Positions 36,429-48,155 of a DNA stretch of 64,000 bases are shown in pieces. The stretch is taken from positions 1 through 64,000 of the forward strand of contig BCKZ01000014.1 in assembly GCA_001600815.1 (NCBI GenBank). Direction: 5' to 3'. Within the stretch, counting starts at the first letter, position 1. Every line of letters begins with the position of its first letter. Origin of the DNA: Alloascoidea hylecoeti. Taxonomy: Eukaryota. The position numbers and the translations under genes are program-made. The notes beneath the pieces are model-generated. The model had not been told where the DNA came from. It saw only the letters and a list, made by a program, of their open reading frames with translations, and did no database searches.

Positions 36429-37463
36429 TTAAGCCTTTTCAACTCGAACTGAACTTCCTTTATTTCTTCTACCTATTATATTATTCTTTATTCCAACAAA
36501 CCATAATAAAAATTTAATTAAACCACCTTCTACTTGATCTTTAAACATAAAAAGTAATCCTTGAACCAAAATTCCTTTAACTAATTGTGGAATAAGACCT
36601 TTAAATAATCCATCATAACCTTCAGATTTATAAAGATAAATTAATGATTGTGTAAATGAATTGAATTCTTTTGGAGCTATTGGTTTTTTTAAAATTCCTT
36701 CTTTTGATTCATTAATGATATCATTTGAAGAAGATGGTACAGTTTTTGCTTGTACCATAACTTTTGATACAATTAATGGCTGGGAAACAACCGTTGCAGC
36801 ACTTTTACTTAAAGCACCTAATATGAAGTTTTCAGCTGAATTTAAACTCTTCTTCCCAGTTCTTTGAATATAAATTGATTTAAATCTTTCATAAGCACCA
36901 TATGTTATCGAAGGATTAACAACTAAAACCAAAGCACATCTTAAACCCCTCCAAAATCCTTTTGCACCATCAGTTTTCAAAATTTCCTTTGCAGTTAATA
37001 AAAAAGATGGATGTGAATGTGAAGTTTGTTGCTTCGTTGTGATAACACTAACAGGTATAGTAAATAATTGAGCTAAGGCGCCTGCTACAGCCCCCAGCAA
37101 TAATTCAATAAAAGTACTGTTTTCATTATTTGAAGGTGCATGCTTTGAATGAATTGTTCGGACTACACTATACCACCAAAAATAAGCGAAGTTGGTTGAA
37201 CCAGTGCCAACCAAAGATGACCATACCCCACTATATAACCCACTAATACCTTCTTCTTTATAGATTTTAAAAAAAGCATCATTGACACTTTTATATACTT
37301 CATCCGAATCTAAAGATTCTAATTGTGCTTTTGTTGGAGTTGGTTGCAATTGAATTCTCGTTTTTATTAAATCAAGTGGATAAACTAAGAAATTGGCAAT
37401 AACAGATGCTAATGATCCAGCCGTTGCCTTTGTAAAAGGTGATAATTCTTGTGTTGAGGACAT
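36429..37463 (-). CDS. ANT1: Peroxisomal adenine nucleotide transporter (mitochondrial carrier family)
   Basis: 344 aa; YPLDLIKTRIQ, NFAYFWWYSVVR, AQLFTIPVSVITTKQQT, LVLVVNPSITYG and KGILVQGLLFMFKDQ typical of Ant1/PMP34. Confidence 0.9.
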   Translation of the reverse strand: MSSTQELSPFTKATAGSLASVIANFLVYPLDLIKTRIQLQPTPTKAQLESLDSDEVYKSVNDAFFKIYKEEGISGLYSGVWSSLVGTGSTNFAYFWWYSVVRTIHSKHAPSNNENSTFIELLLGAVAGALAQLFTIPVSVITTKQQTSHSHPSFLLTAKEILKTDGAKGFWRGLRCALVLVVNPSITYGAYERFKSIYIQRTGKKSLNSAENFILGALSKSAATVVSQPLIVSKVMVQAKTVPSSSNDIINESKEGILKKPIAPKEFNSFTQSLIYLYKSEGYDGLFKGLIPQLVKGILVQGLLFMFKDQVEGGLIKFLLWFVGIKNNIIGRRNKGSSVRVEKA

Positions 37464-37856
37464 GTTGAATTTGTAATTGCTCCTCTCTATCTTTATATTT
37501 GAGACTAAACAATCAAATATCAGAATTCAAAACAAGAATGAAAAAAAAAAAAGAGATTTAGATATTATATATATCCAAACCTGCAAGGTCATTATGTGGC
37601 CGGACGGGGTTTTGAAATTTAAAATAAACCGAGGTGCGATTATAAATGTATGCATATTTTTAGTTGCTCCCTCTTTTAAAGAATTTGAATATGATACAGG
37701 CTGCATATGTGCTTGCTTTCTGCACCAATTATTTAATATTCCGCTGCAGCCAACTACTTCATACTACTAGGATGCGAAATTTCAAACTAACATCCATACA
37801 TCCAAATAATACTTCTTGTTTACTAATTATTATTATAACATCTTCATGTTTAAACG

Positions 37857-39104
37857 ATGTCTTCAAATTCCTTGCCGGATACTTTTTTAGGAAGTAAGTG
37901 TTTCTCTATTTTATAATGGACCGATTTTTAACTAACATAACTTATATCTATAGTCACTGATCACTTACAATGTGATATAATCAGATCTTTATCTCTAATG
38001 AAATCACTAGATACTTATTGTGTAAAAGAATCAATATCATTACAAGAAGCAGCACTTTCATTACAAAATGAATTAAAAAATTCATCATTACAATCATCGT
38101 CATCAGAATATTTAAATCAACGTGATAAATTAAAAAAATCATTTAATTTATTATATAAATATAGATTAAATTCATCATTTGAATCAAAATCTTTAATTTC
38201 AAAATTAGATAATCAAATATTATCATTACAAAATGATATTAAAAATTTAATGTCTGGAATTTATTGTAAAAAAATGATTGATAATGACAAATTTGATATT
38301 AATAAAGATTTTAATCTTAATTTAAATCTTAATTTGGATAACTCAATAGAAAAAGAAAAAGAAAAAGAAAAAGAAATAATTGTCACGAATACACCTGCTA
38401 ACATCGAAAAGGAAAAGGAAACAGAAGATGAAAAGGAAAAAGAAAAGGAACAGGAGAAGGAAAATGAGAAGGAAAATGAGAAGGAAAAGGAGAAGGAAAA
38501 GGAAAAGGAGAAAGAGAAAAATATCGACAATGATGACAAACTAACAATTGGTGAAAGAAGAAGGAAACGAAGGAGATTGCAGGATAATTCTCAAGAAACA
38601 CAATCTCAAGTACAAGAAACTCCACATGAAGCAAAAATATCACAACCCATTATAGAAAAGAATATTAAGAAACCTCTAACAGAGAACCCATCAACTGAAA
38701 TAAAATCAAAACTTAAATCTACAACAAAAAGGAAAAGTCAAGACATCAAAAAATCATCAAATAAATTAACAACCAAAACAAATTCCAAAGCAGATAAAGA
38801 CGATGAACCACGTTATTGTTACTGTAATGACATTTATTACGGTAAAATGATTGGTTGTGATAATGATAATTGCAAATATGGTTGGTTTCATATAAAATGT
38901 GTTGGATTAGATAGATTACCAAGTACAAAAACTTGGTATTGTTCAGATTGTAAACCATTATTTGATACTGGGAAATCGAAAAGAAGTCATCAAAAACAAA
39001 ATAAAGATAAAATTAATTTAAATGCTAATGGTGATAAACATTCAAAAACTGAAAAACATTCAGAGGATAAATCGACAAATAAAGGGAGATCTAAACAAAG
39101 ATGA
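37857..39104 (+). CDS. ING-family PHD-finger chromatin protein (Yng1/Yng2/Pho23-like; 2 exons, intron 37894-37953)
   Basis: Spliced N-terminus DTFLGITDHLQCDIIRSLSLMKSLD (ING helix); PHD finger EPRYCYCN...MIGCDNDNCKYGWFHIKCVGL...WYCSDC; EK repeat tract. Confidence 0.88.
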
Positions 39105-39609
39105 GTTCCAAAATTGGCTGATAAATTGAATTCCAGCTTGCTATATGCTAATAAAATAGAACTCATTCTACAATATTTGGTGTAGGATGTTTCTTATATG
39201 CGCTCTGTTACTCTTGTAATTTTAATACATTTGCATCTTGATATACTTATGATTATGGTCGTGATTTCGAGCTATAGCTTTCAGCACCATTTAATACAAC
39301 ACCTTCTGGTTTGATTTCGATACATAATAATTGAATATAACCTTATACATGGATTATAAACTAATCAATCAATATTGATTAATTATTTAGTAACTCTATA
39401 GTTTCTAACACATTTTCAACTGTTCCAGTTTTTTATAGAACAATTAAGTCCCATTATTTAGGAGACAACTTTTGCACTATTAACAATATTATTATGAATC
39501 ATGGTTTTCAATGAATTATACTCGTAGTTCAATTACAATTATACTATGTAGCTATGTAAGTTATTATACAATTTATACAACGACATTAGCTATGAATAAA
39601 CTTTATAAA

Positions 39610-42600
39610 TTATATCCAAAAATCCATTTCTTCAATTTTATATTCATCTTCTTCAAATTCTGGATAATAAGGAACCATTGAATCACAATTTTGAATATAA
39701 GCAGAATTATATATTTTCCAATATGGTTCTCTAACTTTTCTAGCAGGATGAAATAATCCTGCCCAAATATAATTTAATACAATACCAGGCCCAACAGCAT
39801 TTCTAACACCATCAATACCATCCATTATTCTTTCAATTACATGAGGTGAAGTTTCATAAATATTAGGCATTAATAAATTTAAAAAATGAATAAAAACATC
39901 TTCACATCCTAATCCAACACATCCTAATGCCATGTGTTTAACAACACTAGCAGCTGTTTGTCTATGAACTTGGTCTCGATCTGTTAATGCATCTTCAAGT
40001 AATGGTGTTACTGCATAAACATAATCTTTAGCCATTTCTCCAATATATTCAAACATAAAACTCATTGATTTTAAAACACCATTTTGAATATTCATTTCAG
40101 GTGTTCTATATTCATTCATTAAAGCTGGTAAAACAGTAAAAGGAGAACAAGTTTCTGCAACAATACCAATTGCAACTGCAGTACATACACGTAATTGTCT
40201 TTCCTGAACACGGAGGTTATCAAGTAATGTAACAAGAACTTCTTGAGGTCCAATAGCTTTTGCTATATAACCAAATGTATTATTTGCTGCTCTTCTGATT
40301 CCTTTCTTTGGAGATTTAAGCATTTCTAATAAACTGAAAGATATACGTTTCCATTCCTTTGGGTGAACTCTATCAGCAGCACGATCAGCTATTCTACCAA
40401 CAAGATCGATTGTATTTTCTTGAACTTTTTCATTTCGATTTCGTAAAATCGGCGTTAATCGAGGGAGTAGTTCTCCAATATCTGGTTTCATTGAATCTAT
40501 ACCAACAACTGTTACGATAGCTCTGAGTGCTCCAATAATTGAACCTAATACGTCTGGATATTCTTCACCAAGATATTCATAAAGAACTAAACCTAAGGTG
40601 CTCATTAATTCATCTTCATTACATTTTCTCATAACAATTGCAATTCGAGCAGTTAAATCGGCGGCTTGTTGTCTTACAGCAGGTTCTTTATGATTCAATC
40701 TCGAAAGAATAACACTGGCTATTGATTTCAAGTATGGTTGGGTTCGTTCAGCCAAGGAATTTATAACCGTTCCAACACCATTTAACACAACCATATCTTC
40801 TGTAGTTTGATTCTTAATACAATACATTAAACCATCCACTAATCTTTCAACCAATCTATCTGATAACTCAGTAGTTCCTAAAGCTGCTACCACTTTTTCA
40901 ACTGCTTCAACTCCCATTCTTCTAAAAAGCTCATTATCTCGATCATTTAATGAATCAATTGTACGATCAATTATTTCAGAAGCTCCAACTTTCGTACCAA
41001 TAACAACCATAGCTTCAATAACTAAATTATAAGTCTCTCTTAAAATATAATTTCTATCTTTGAAACGATTTAAAGCAACCTTAACTTGCCAAAAATTTTC
41101 AAAAAATGGAGGAATTGCTTCTTCTCTTAAAAATTGAGGTTTAACACCATCAGTTGCCGAACAATTAATTAAAACTTTTAAAACAACATTTCTCATATCA
41201 TCATCTGGTGAATTAAATTCTCTTAATAAAATAGGCATCATTTGTTTTGTTAATGTATTTGCATCTTCAGCATCTGTTAAAGGAATAATATAACCATTAC
41301 ATTTTAAAAACTCAGCTAATGCTTTACCACGATGTCTTCTAATTCCATTCCATAAAGGCGCTATAACAGGTTCAAATGATTCAATACCAAATGGTGCTGA
41401 TGCTTCTGCTAATGATGATAATGCCTCAGCTGTAATTGTTCGAACTTTTAATTGTTCATCAGTTAAACCCGCGCCAATACAATCTACTAAGAATTTCAAA
41501 TATGGTAGAACTGCACATCCCATTAATATAGCTATTTGTTTGACGATATTTGAACCAGTATGTCTTGCTTGCCAACTTTTTCGAGATCCACATACTGCCC
41601 TTAAAAAAGGAAGTATTGGGCCAATACCTAATGTTTTTGAAACTACCGCTAAAGTTTTAGCAGTTGTTTTTCTAACTCCTTCGTCTGCATGATCAATATC
41701 TGCTCTTAAAGTTGATATCATATGAGGTAATCCAGCAGCTTTTGTTAAATTTGATATAATTTCACGACCAGATGCTCTAGCATAAGGATCTTCATCAACC
41801 AAAGATGGTTCAATAACAACTAATATTTTATGAGTGAAAGGTCTAATTAAATCATCCAATTTATATAAAACTCTATCAACAACTTTTGCAATTAAATGAC
41901 GTTCTTGAGGATCTAAATCAGGTTCCATTAATAATGTTAAAATAGGTTGAAATAATGCTTGAGCGCCAAATGATCTTGCATTATCAGTAAGTGATCTTAA
42001 AGCTCCCTTTCTGACTTGTGGTGTACCATTTTTAACCTTTAATAATAATCTTAAAATTTTTCGTTCTTTTAATTGTCCAAGTGATAAATCATCTTCATTT
42101 GCTTTTGTTAAAAGTTTTCTAAAATGAACTTCATCTGATTTCTTAAAAAATTGTAATTCACCAATTCCAGGGATATCTGTGGGGAGTTTTGGTAAAACGC
42201 CATCATATGCTGCTAGATTACTTTCCGCTGGTGGTATAAAATACTCTGTGTTATTATTTTGAAACCCAATATGTTCAGATGGAACTGTTAATGGTATATA
42301 TCCTGTTGGTGGATCAACAATTATATAACCTTCAGAAGGTAATATACTATTTAACCATTCATCTGATAAAATTTCATGTGGTGCCTGAGTTGTTACAGTT
42401 GCACCAGGTTGAATAACAGAAACTGCTCCTTGAGTTTGAGCAGCAGGTAATACTGTAGGTGTTTGGTCCCATCGTGACCTTTTTTTAACCTGTTGTTGTT
42501 GAGTAGGTAATTCAGGTGGTGCTTGAGAATCCCATCGTGACTTCTTTACAGGTTTTTTAATCTCTAAAGGTGTTTTAGAATCCCACCTTGAGCGCTTTTT

Positions 42601-43137
42601 TGTTGGTTTATCGTTAGAAGTTATAGTTGATTGGGATTCATCCTTGATTGATAATAAGGGTTTTCCTTCGTCCTCTTCTTCGACTTTTCTAGGTGGAGTT
42701 TTATCCCCTTGTTCAATCAATGCCTGATTACCGGATAATACTTCTTCTTTATGTTTTTCATTAATAATACTTAGAACTCTTTGTTCTTCACGGTCTAAAT
42801 TCCTTCTCTCCATCACCTCTTTATATGATTTTTCATCTTCACCTGGAGACAATTCTCTTCTATATTTGGCTCTTTTATTCCTTTTTTCCGTTATTGCTTG
42901 CATTTTATGTGCTAATGGATCATGGTCATTAGGACCAGCCATCTCATCTATAAATTTCTGAGGTCCTGAATAATTTTCTAAACGTTTGGCATTATTATTT
43001 GTTTTATCTTCATCATCTTCGTCAGAATTATTTTGTGTAAATGAGATAGAATTGTCATACTTAGTTAATCGAGGATCTTTTAGATTGTTGCTAGAAGGAA
43101 CAAATGCTACGCCATCCTTTTGATCTTTTCGGCTCAT
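39610..43137 (-). CDS. HSH155: U2 snRNP SF3b subunit 1
   Basis: 1175 aa; RSRWD ULM repeats, LLKVKNGTPQVRK, HEAT repeats and GLFHPARKVR C-terminus. Confidence 0.98.
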   Translation of the reverse strand: MSRKDQKDGVAFVPSSNNLKDPRLTKYDNSISFTQNNSDEDDEDKTNNNAKRLENYSGPQKFIDEMAGPNDHDPLAHKMQAITEKRNKRAKYRRELSPGEDEKSYKEVMERRNLDREEQRVLSIINEKHKEEVLSGNQALIEQGDKTPPRKVEEEDEGKPLLSIKDESQSTITSNDKPTKKRSRWDSKTPLEIKKPVKKSRWDSQAPPELPTQQQQVKKRSRWDQTPTVLPAAQTQGAVSVIQPGATVTTQAPHEILSDEWLNSILPSEGYIIVDPPTGYIPLTVPSEHIGFQNNNTEYFIPPAESNLAAYDGVLPKLPTDIPGIGELQFFKKSDEVHFRKLLTKANEDDLSLGQLKERKILRLLLKVKNGTPQVRKGALRSLTDNARSFGAQALFQPILTLLMEPDLDPQERHLIAKVVDRVLYKLDDLIRPFTHKILVVIEPSLVDEDPYARASGREIISNLTKAAGLPHMISTLRADIDHADEGVRKTTAKTLAVVSKTLGIGPILPFLRAVCGSRKSWQARHTGSNIVKQIAILMGCAVLPYLKFLVDCIGAGLTDEQLKVRTITAEALSSLAEASAPFGIESFEPVIAPLWNGIRRHRGKALAEFLKCNGYIIPLTDAEDANTLTKQMMPILLREFNSPDDDMRNVVLKVLINCSATDGVKPQFLREEAIPPFFENFWQVKVALNRFKDRNYILRETYNLVIEAMVVIGTKVGASEIIDRTIDSLNDRDNELFRRMGVEAVEKVVAALGTTELSDRLVERLVDGLMYCIKNQTTEDMVVLNGVGTVINSLAERTQPYLKSIASVILSRLNHKEPAVRQQAADLTARIAIVMRKCNEDELMSTLGLVLYEYLGEEYPDVLGSIIGALRAIVTVVGIDSMKPDIGELLPRLTPILRNRNEKVQENTIDLVGRIADRAADRVHPKEWKRISFSLLEMLKSPKKGIRRAANNTFGYIAKAIGPQEVLVTLLDNLRVQERQLRVCTAVAIGIVAETCSPFTVLPALMNEYRTPEMNIQNGVLKSMSFMFEYIGEMAKDYVYAVTPLLEDALTDRDQVHRQTAASVVKHMALGCVGLGCEDVFIHFLNLLMPNIYETSPHVIERIMDGIDGVRNAVGPGIVLNYIWAGLFHPARKVREPYWKIYNSAYIQNCDSMVPYYPEFEEDEYKIEEMDFWI

Positions 43138-43354
43138 CTTCTTTGATATATTTTTGTTTGGCGAAGCAGATTGTGTTAAAGTGAGATATCCTAGTGCTGG
43201 TTTCTACGCATGTTCTCAGCTATACGGTTACCATTAGACTCTGTTCCCTACTCACACGTGTGTTAACGTTCCTAGTCTGACTAGCCATTCAGTCCTATCA
43301 ACATTTGAATATATGTACTGTTCTTTATGATTCGTTCAATGCGATATTCATAAT

Positions 43355-43568
43355 TCAAGAAGTGGTCGAATGCATGACCTGGTAGAATATTTCATTCAAA
43401 GAGTGGTGTATTTAAAGTGTAAAGCGGTCAAATCTTTACCATGAAGCGACCCATTATTTAACTGAAAATGTGGTCGAATATCATTACAACATGTAGTCTA
43501 ATAATTAATTTAACGTGTGGGCGAATATTTAAGTTAAGAGGTGGTCGATATTTATGCAAAATACTGTA
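43355..43568 (-). mobile_element. Tc1/mariner-like element end with repeated ~20-22-bp GTGGTCGAATAT-like subterminal units
   Basis: Ends ...GCAAAATACTG-TA; GTGGTCGAAT, GTGGGCGAATATTT and GTGGTCGATATTT repeats; homologous to 11491, 18940 and 19398. Confidence 0.65.
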
Positions 43569-43689
43569 TGTTTCACAAAAAAGACTTTCAAACATTATAA
43601 TTACAAAAATAAACTCAGTTTAAATGAATTATTAAAATCTTTCATAAGCAATCTATCCAAAGACATAGAATAAACAATTAAATTTTGAA

Positions 43690-44318
43690 TTCATCATCAT
43701 GAGGATTCTGGTTAAAATTGTTTTACTCGTTATTGTTGGCAGTGATGTTGTAGTAGTTGTTGTTCTTGTCGCTGTATTTCTTGTTCTATTTGTTGTTCTA
43801 CTTGTTCTAGTTTTTGTTCTTGTTTTTGTTCTTGTTTTTGTTCTTGTTTTTGTTCTTGTTCTTTTTCTTCCTGTGTTTGTTTTATTTGTTGTTTTACTTG
43901 TTCTATTGGCTCTATTTTTTGATGTCGTTGTTCTTCTAATGGTTGTTTTAGTATTGATTTTTGCGCCCGTAGAACCTTTCTTTTTACATTGGGTTTTGGT
44001 GAATTTTTATAGCTTCTTCAAAATTCTTCATCGTTTCAAATGTGTAAATATCAGTTATTGGCTTGACACTTTTATTTCCATTAATAGAGTCAGTGAGATT
44101 TTATTCTTGTTTTCAACATTTTCTTCAAACGAAGGAGCAATTACTGCATTGCCAGAAGCTTTTAATTGAGAATCTAAAGTATTTCCAATTTCACTTGCTT
44201 GTTGTTGAATTCGCCTCCTCTTTTCTTCTTTTTCTTCACAACACACACACACTTCTTCATCATCATCATCATCTTCTTCTTCTTCTTCTTTTTCTTTTTT
44301 AACCTCCTTTTCGGCCAT
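43690..44318 (-). pseudogene. Disrupted low-complexity acidic/Q-E-K-rich ORF
   Basis: ORF 44055..44318 (poly-E/D) followed, after a stop, by a frame reading QPLEEQRHQK...(EQKQ)n encoded by a 12-bp tandem repeat at ~43811-43860. Confidence 0.3.
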
Positions 44319-45682
44319 TGATTCCTTCTCTTTCTTTAGAATATCATATTGGGAATTTCATGTTAAGTGACTCTATCACATTACTTTATTATCAATTATT
44401 TTACCTAAAGTCATTTTATATATTCCTAACCCACATTTCAGTTACCCACACTCATTTATCCCACTTAACTATATGACTCTACTTCTTACTGAACATAATT
44501 TGTATTAAGTTGTTTTCATATAAAAGAACTAATATTGTCGCTCATTTATAACTCTACATAGCCTTTAATACATCTTCAATATACCTTAGAACATGATAAT
44601 TTAGGATCCTCACTTGATGTTACTGTAGTTGAAGAATTGGTACCTATGGATGACATAAGAGAAGTATTCAATTCATCTAATGATTTATTTAAATCAGAAA
44701 CTTCTAAATCATCTTTTGATGATGATAAACGCTTTGATTTAATTTCCTCATTTTTCTCTGTAACTAAATCCTTTATTTTATCATTCAATTTATTTTTTTT
44801 AATTTATATCATATCATTATCACTATAAATTGACAATGCTTTCAACACATATTATTGACTGTTGTAATTAATATTAAAAGTATGTACTATGCATATTTAG
44901 ATTTCTTGTACTTTGGTTTCATTGAAAAACTACTATATGAGAAAACGCGTTTGGTTATGATGTAAAACTTGCAATCCACCTTTTCATCTTCATCTTTCAT
45001 CCCCGATCCGAAGAAAATAGTTCTCGCACTACAAATATGAAATCCATCGATGAATTCCATGGTCAGAATGGTGAAGCAAATTTGAGCAGGGAATTTTCTG
45101 TTCCAGATAACGTTTTTGTTGATGTTATATCCTCCACTTGGTCCCATAAGACTCTATATCCTCTAATTTCGTAATTTCAGTGGGCAATCCCAATATATTA
45201 ACATTATGGTCGGCGGAATCATTATCAACAACAGACTCAATAGGAGTCATCTCCGACCAAGCAGATGACATATCGTCATCAAAAACGTCATCTGGAACAG
45301 AAACTTTCTTGTCCAATATTTTTTCACCATTTTGGAAGCTATGCATGAAAAGTGTAAATGCAATAAATTCCATTCAGTAAGTAAATAATAGCAAAAGTAA
45401 ACGGCCTCATTGATCACTCCAATTATTATGGTTTCCGTTAAAATATAGCTCTAGTAAATTGTATATGGTTTAATGGCTTTAAGGTTTATAGATCACAATT
45501 GCAAAGAATGAAATATTAAATAAATTTACTAATGCAAAAATAGTAATATAATCATTCAAAAAATTTGAAGCAGAACCGAAAATCTATAGAAATCCATTCT
45601 ATATATTTCAAAAATACAACAAAAATCACAATATTCCAGAATATTTTTCTCTCTCATTTTCATCGTAATCATTCCAGCATTC

Positions 45683-46072
45683 TCACAACCGAGAACCCAG
45701 ACCATTAGCAAACACCTTCTCAAAAATACCAGAACCTGCTTTCTCGGCTGCTTTTACACTAATCAATTTCCCTCCTTCAACAGTAAGTAAAGACTTTCCT
45801 ACTTGCATTGCCCCACTCTTCAGAATTCCTTTTTTCACAACATTTTTGGCAACTGACTTCGCAGCTTTGATGCCTACCAATTTCCCTCCTTTAGCTATCG
45901 CGATGGAGCTTTCAACAGCACCATCAAGAAAAGCTACTCCCGGGCAGAATATATACTCTAACCCCGTACCAATCGCCATTCCGACTCCTGCAACAGCAGA
46001 AGCTTCATCTTCTGGCATTATAACGCTCGAAATAAAAGAGCCAGCACATGATAAAAGAAATCAAAGAATCAC
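45683..46072 (-). pseudogene. Glycine-zipper/amphipathic small-protein family, copy 1 (5'-damaged)
   Basis: Aligned to copies 2-4, the start is GTG (46072) and codon 4 is TGA (46063-46061) instead of Gly. The downstream ORF 45683..46018 is intact. Confidence 0.75.
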
Positions 46073-47420
46073 ATTTAAATCTATGTGACGCTTCTATAAG
46101 TTGGAATCCTTTCTTCTTATATATAAGTATATTATCCAGACTATAATCATCGGTCATTAATGGGGCTTCATTGATTAAAAAATCATATGCAAGTATTAAC
46201 AAAAGTGCACGAAATATTTCTAACAGTCAATTTAAACTTAACCGAACATGTATATTTAAACACAAAAACAAATACTTTTAATTTAAAATTCAAAAATTCA
46301 TCAATCGCTTCGTATTTAGTATACATATCCAGGTATTGATTCTCGAGTTTCCATATTAAGTAACTATAAAGTTGATTACAATTAAAGATGGAACAATTTT
46401 TTCGCATTAATATTGGTTCGGCTATAACTGATCAAGAATATTGTGGATCATAAACCGTTAATTACGGGCTTTCTTATAATGTAATTATCTGCATATGCAT
46501 GGACTGGTCAATATTTGGAATTAATTCAAAATGAAGCACAATTCTTATAATTATGAACTGTTGGGAATATTTAACTTTTCGTTAGAATAAGTTTATAGCT
46601 CGACCTTTGATGAAATAGAATTTTTTAAAAGATATTTCTCATAACGTATAAAACAGATTTCATTGTATCGCTACGGTTAACGATACAATCGTTACATTTT
46701 AATACTTCATCTTATCCTTTCCCACTACGTCTTCTAATTCTATTCCATAATGGTACGATAACGGGTTCAAATGGTTATATACTGAATTCAATTTCATTCT
46801 TTAAATTTAAGTTAATTAACTGAATTATAACTATCTCATTAATAACGTTAACATAATTGGTATGTGCTTAAATGATTATAGGTCCCCAATTTCAAGAAAT
46901 TTAATTATACAAATATAATGTTAAAAATAGAAATATATATATTCAAATACAGAAAAGCTGTAGCATAAATATGCGTATTACATTATAAGGTAAATAGAAT
47001 TGAGATAGCTTAGTTAACAGCTAGCTACACCGGATCTATATTTATAATCACAAAACGTTGAAGAGAAATATATGAATAATAATCATATAACTGTATAGTA
47101 TTTTTCTTTCCCATCTTCCTATCCTCGATTTCATTTTCATTGTGTCTGGCAAAGAATCAAAAGTATTAATTAACATATTATAATTAGAAGTAATCTTTTA
47201 CCAACTCCTTATGAATTGCTTTCACTAGTACCCTATTAGTTTTCCTCCTTCAACAATGTATAAAAAAAGTCATAGTTGCTTTCAATTCTTTTTCTAATGT
47301 TTATAGCCTTAATTATGTTCCGCTGATAACCGTGGAATTTCCATTATCAACCTTTTCTGCGTCATCATCGACATTTCCTTTCTTATTATCAATATATTCT
47401 TTCTTTTTCTTATTTCCTTT

Positions 47421-48155
47421 CTAATTATTGTGTTCTTCATCATTATTAACATGTTCTTCATCATCATCATGATTTTCTTTCTTATTCTCATAGCCATTCT
47501 GATTTCTATGTTGTTCATCATTCTCAACATGTTCTGTGTTATTTTCATGTTCTGTGCTATTCCCATGTGCTTTCTTATTCCTATGTTTTTCATCATAATC
47601 CACATTTTCTTCCTTATTGTCATGCCCTTTTTTATTCATACGTTCTGTTTTATTCCTATTTTCTTTCTTCTTGAAATGCTTTTTCCTGATCCAATCTTCT
47701 TTCTTACTCTCATGTACATCATCAATATCATCATTATCAATATCTTCTAACTGTGATAATACCATAGCACCAGTAGTACTAGTATTAGTAATTGCCTTTT
47801 TAATTAAAGCAGTACCTGCTTTCGCTGTTGCTTTTTTTGTTCCAACTAATTTCACCTCTTCGTTAGTCAGTAAAGACTTTTTAACTTTTTTTGAACCTTT
47901 TTTAATCCCCTTTTTCACAACAGTTTTAGCAACTGACTTTGCAGATTTGCCTATCAATTTCCCTCCTTGTGCTATTGCTACAGTTCCCCCAGCAGCAAGT
48001 GCACCATCAAGAAGAGCCGCTGGTGGACAGATTATAAGCTCCAGCGCCGTACCAATCACCATTCCAACCCCTGCAACAACAATAGCATTCTTCTCTGGCA
48101 AAATCTTGTTTGCAACATAAGATCCAGCACATGAAAAAACAATCCCAAGCACCAT
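47421..48155 (-). CDS. Glycine-zipper/amphipathic small-protein family, copy 2 (244 aa, long charged N/E/H/K tail)
   Basis: MVLGIVFSCAGSYV...AGVGMVIGTALELIICP...AQGGKLIG core, clearly paralogous to the neighbouring copies. Confidence 0.8.
   Translation of the reverse strand: MVLGIVFSCAGSYVANKILPEKNAIVVAGVGMVIGTALELIICPPAALLDGALAAGGTVAIAQGGKLIGKSAKSVAKTVVKKGIKKGSKKVKKSLLTNEEVKLVGTKKATAKAGTALIKKAITNTSTTGAMVLSQLEDIDNDDIDDVHESKKEDWIRKKHFKKKENRNKTERMNKKGHDNKEENVDYDEKHRNKKAHGNSTEHENNTEHVENDEQHRNQNGYENKKENHDDDEEHVNNDEEHNN

Noticed and set aside
38261..38643. Antisense FSFSFS / VFVLVF ORFs (also 43699..44169, 47430..48120, 59011..59205)
   Set aside because: Shadow frames of microsatellite-like coding repeats on the opposite strand.
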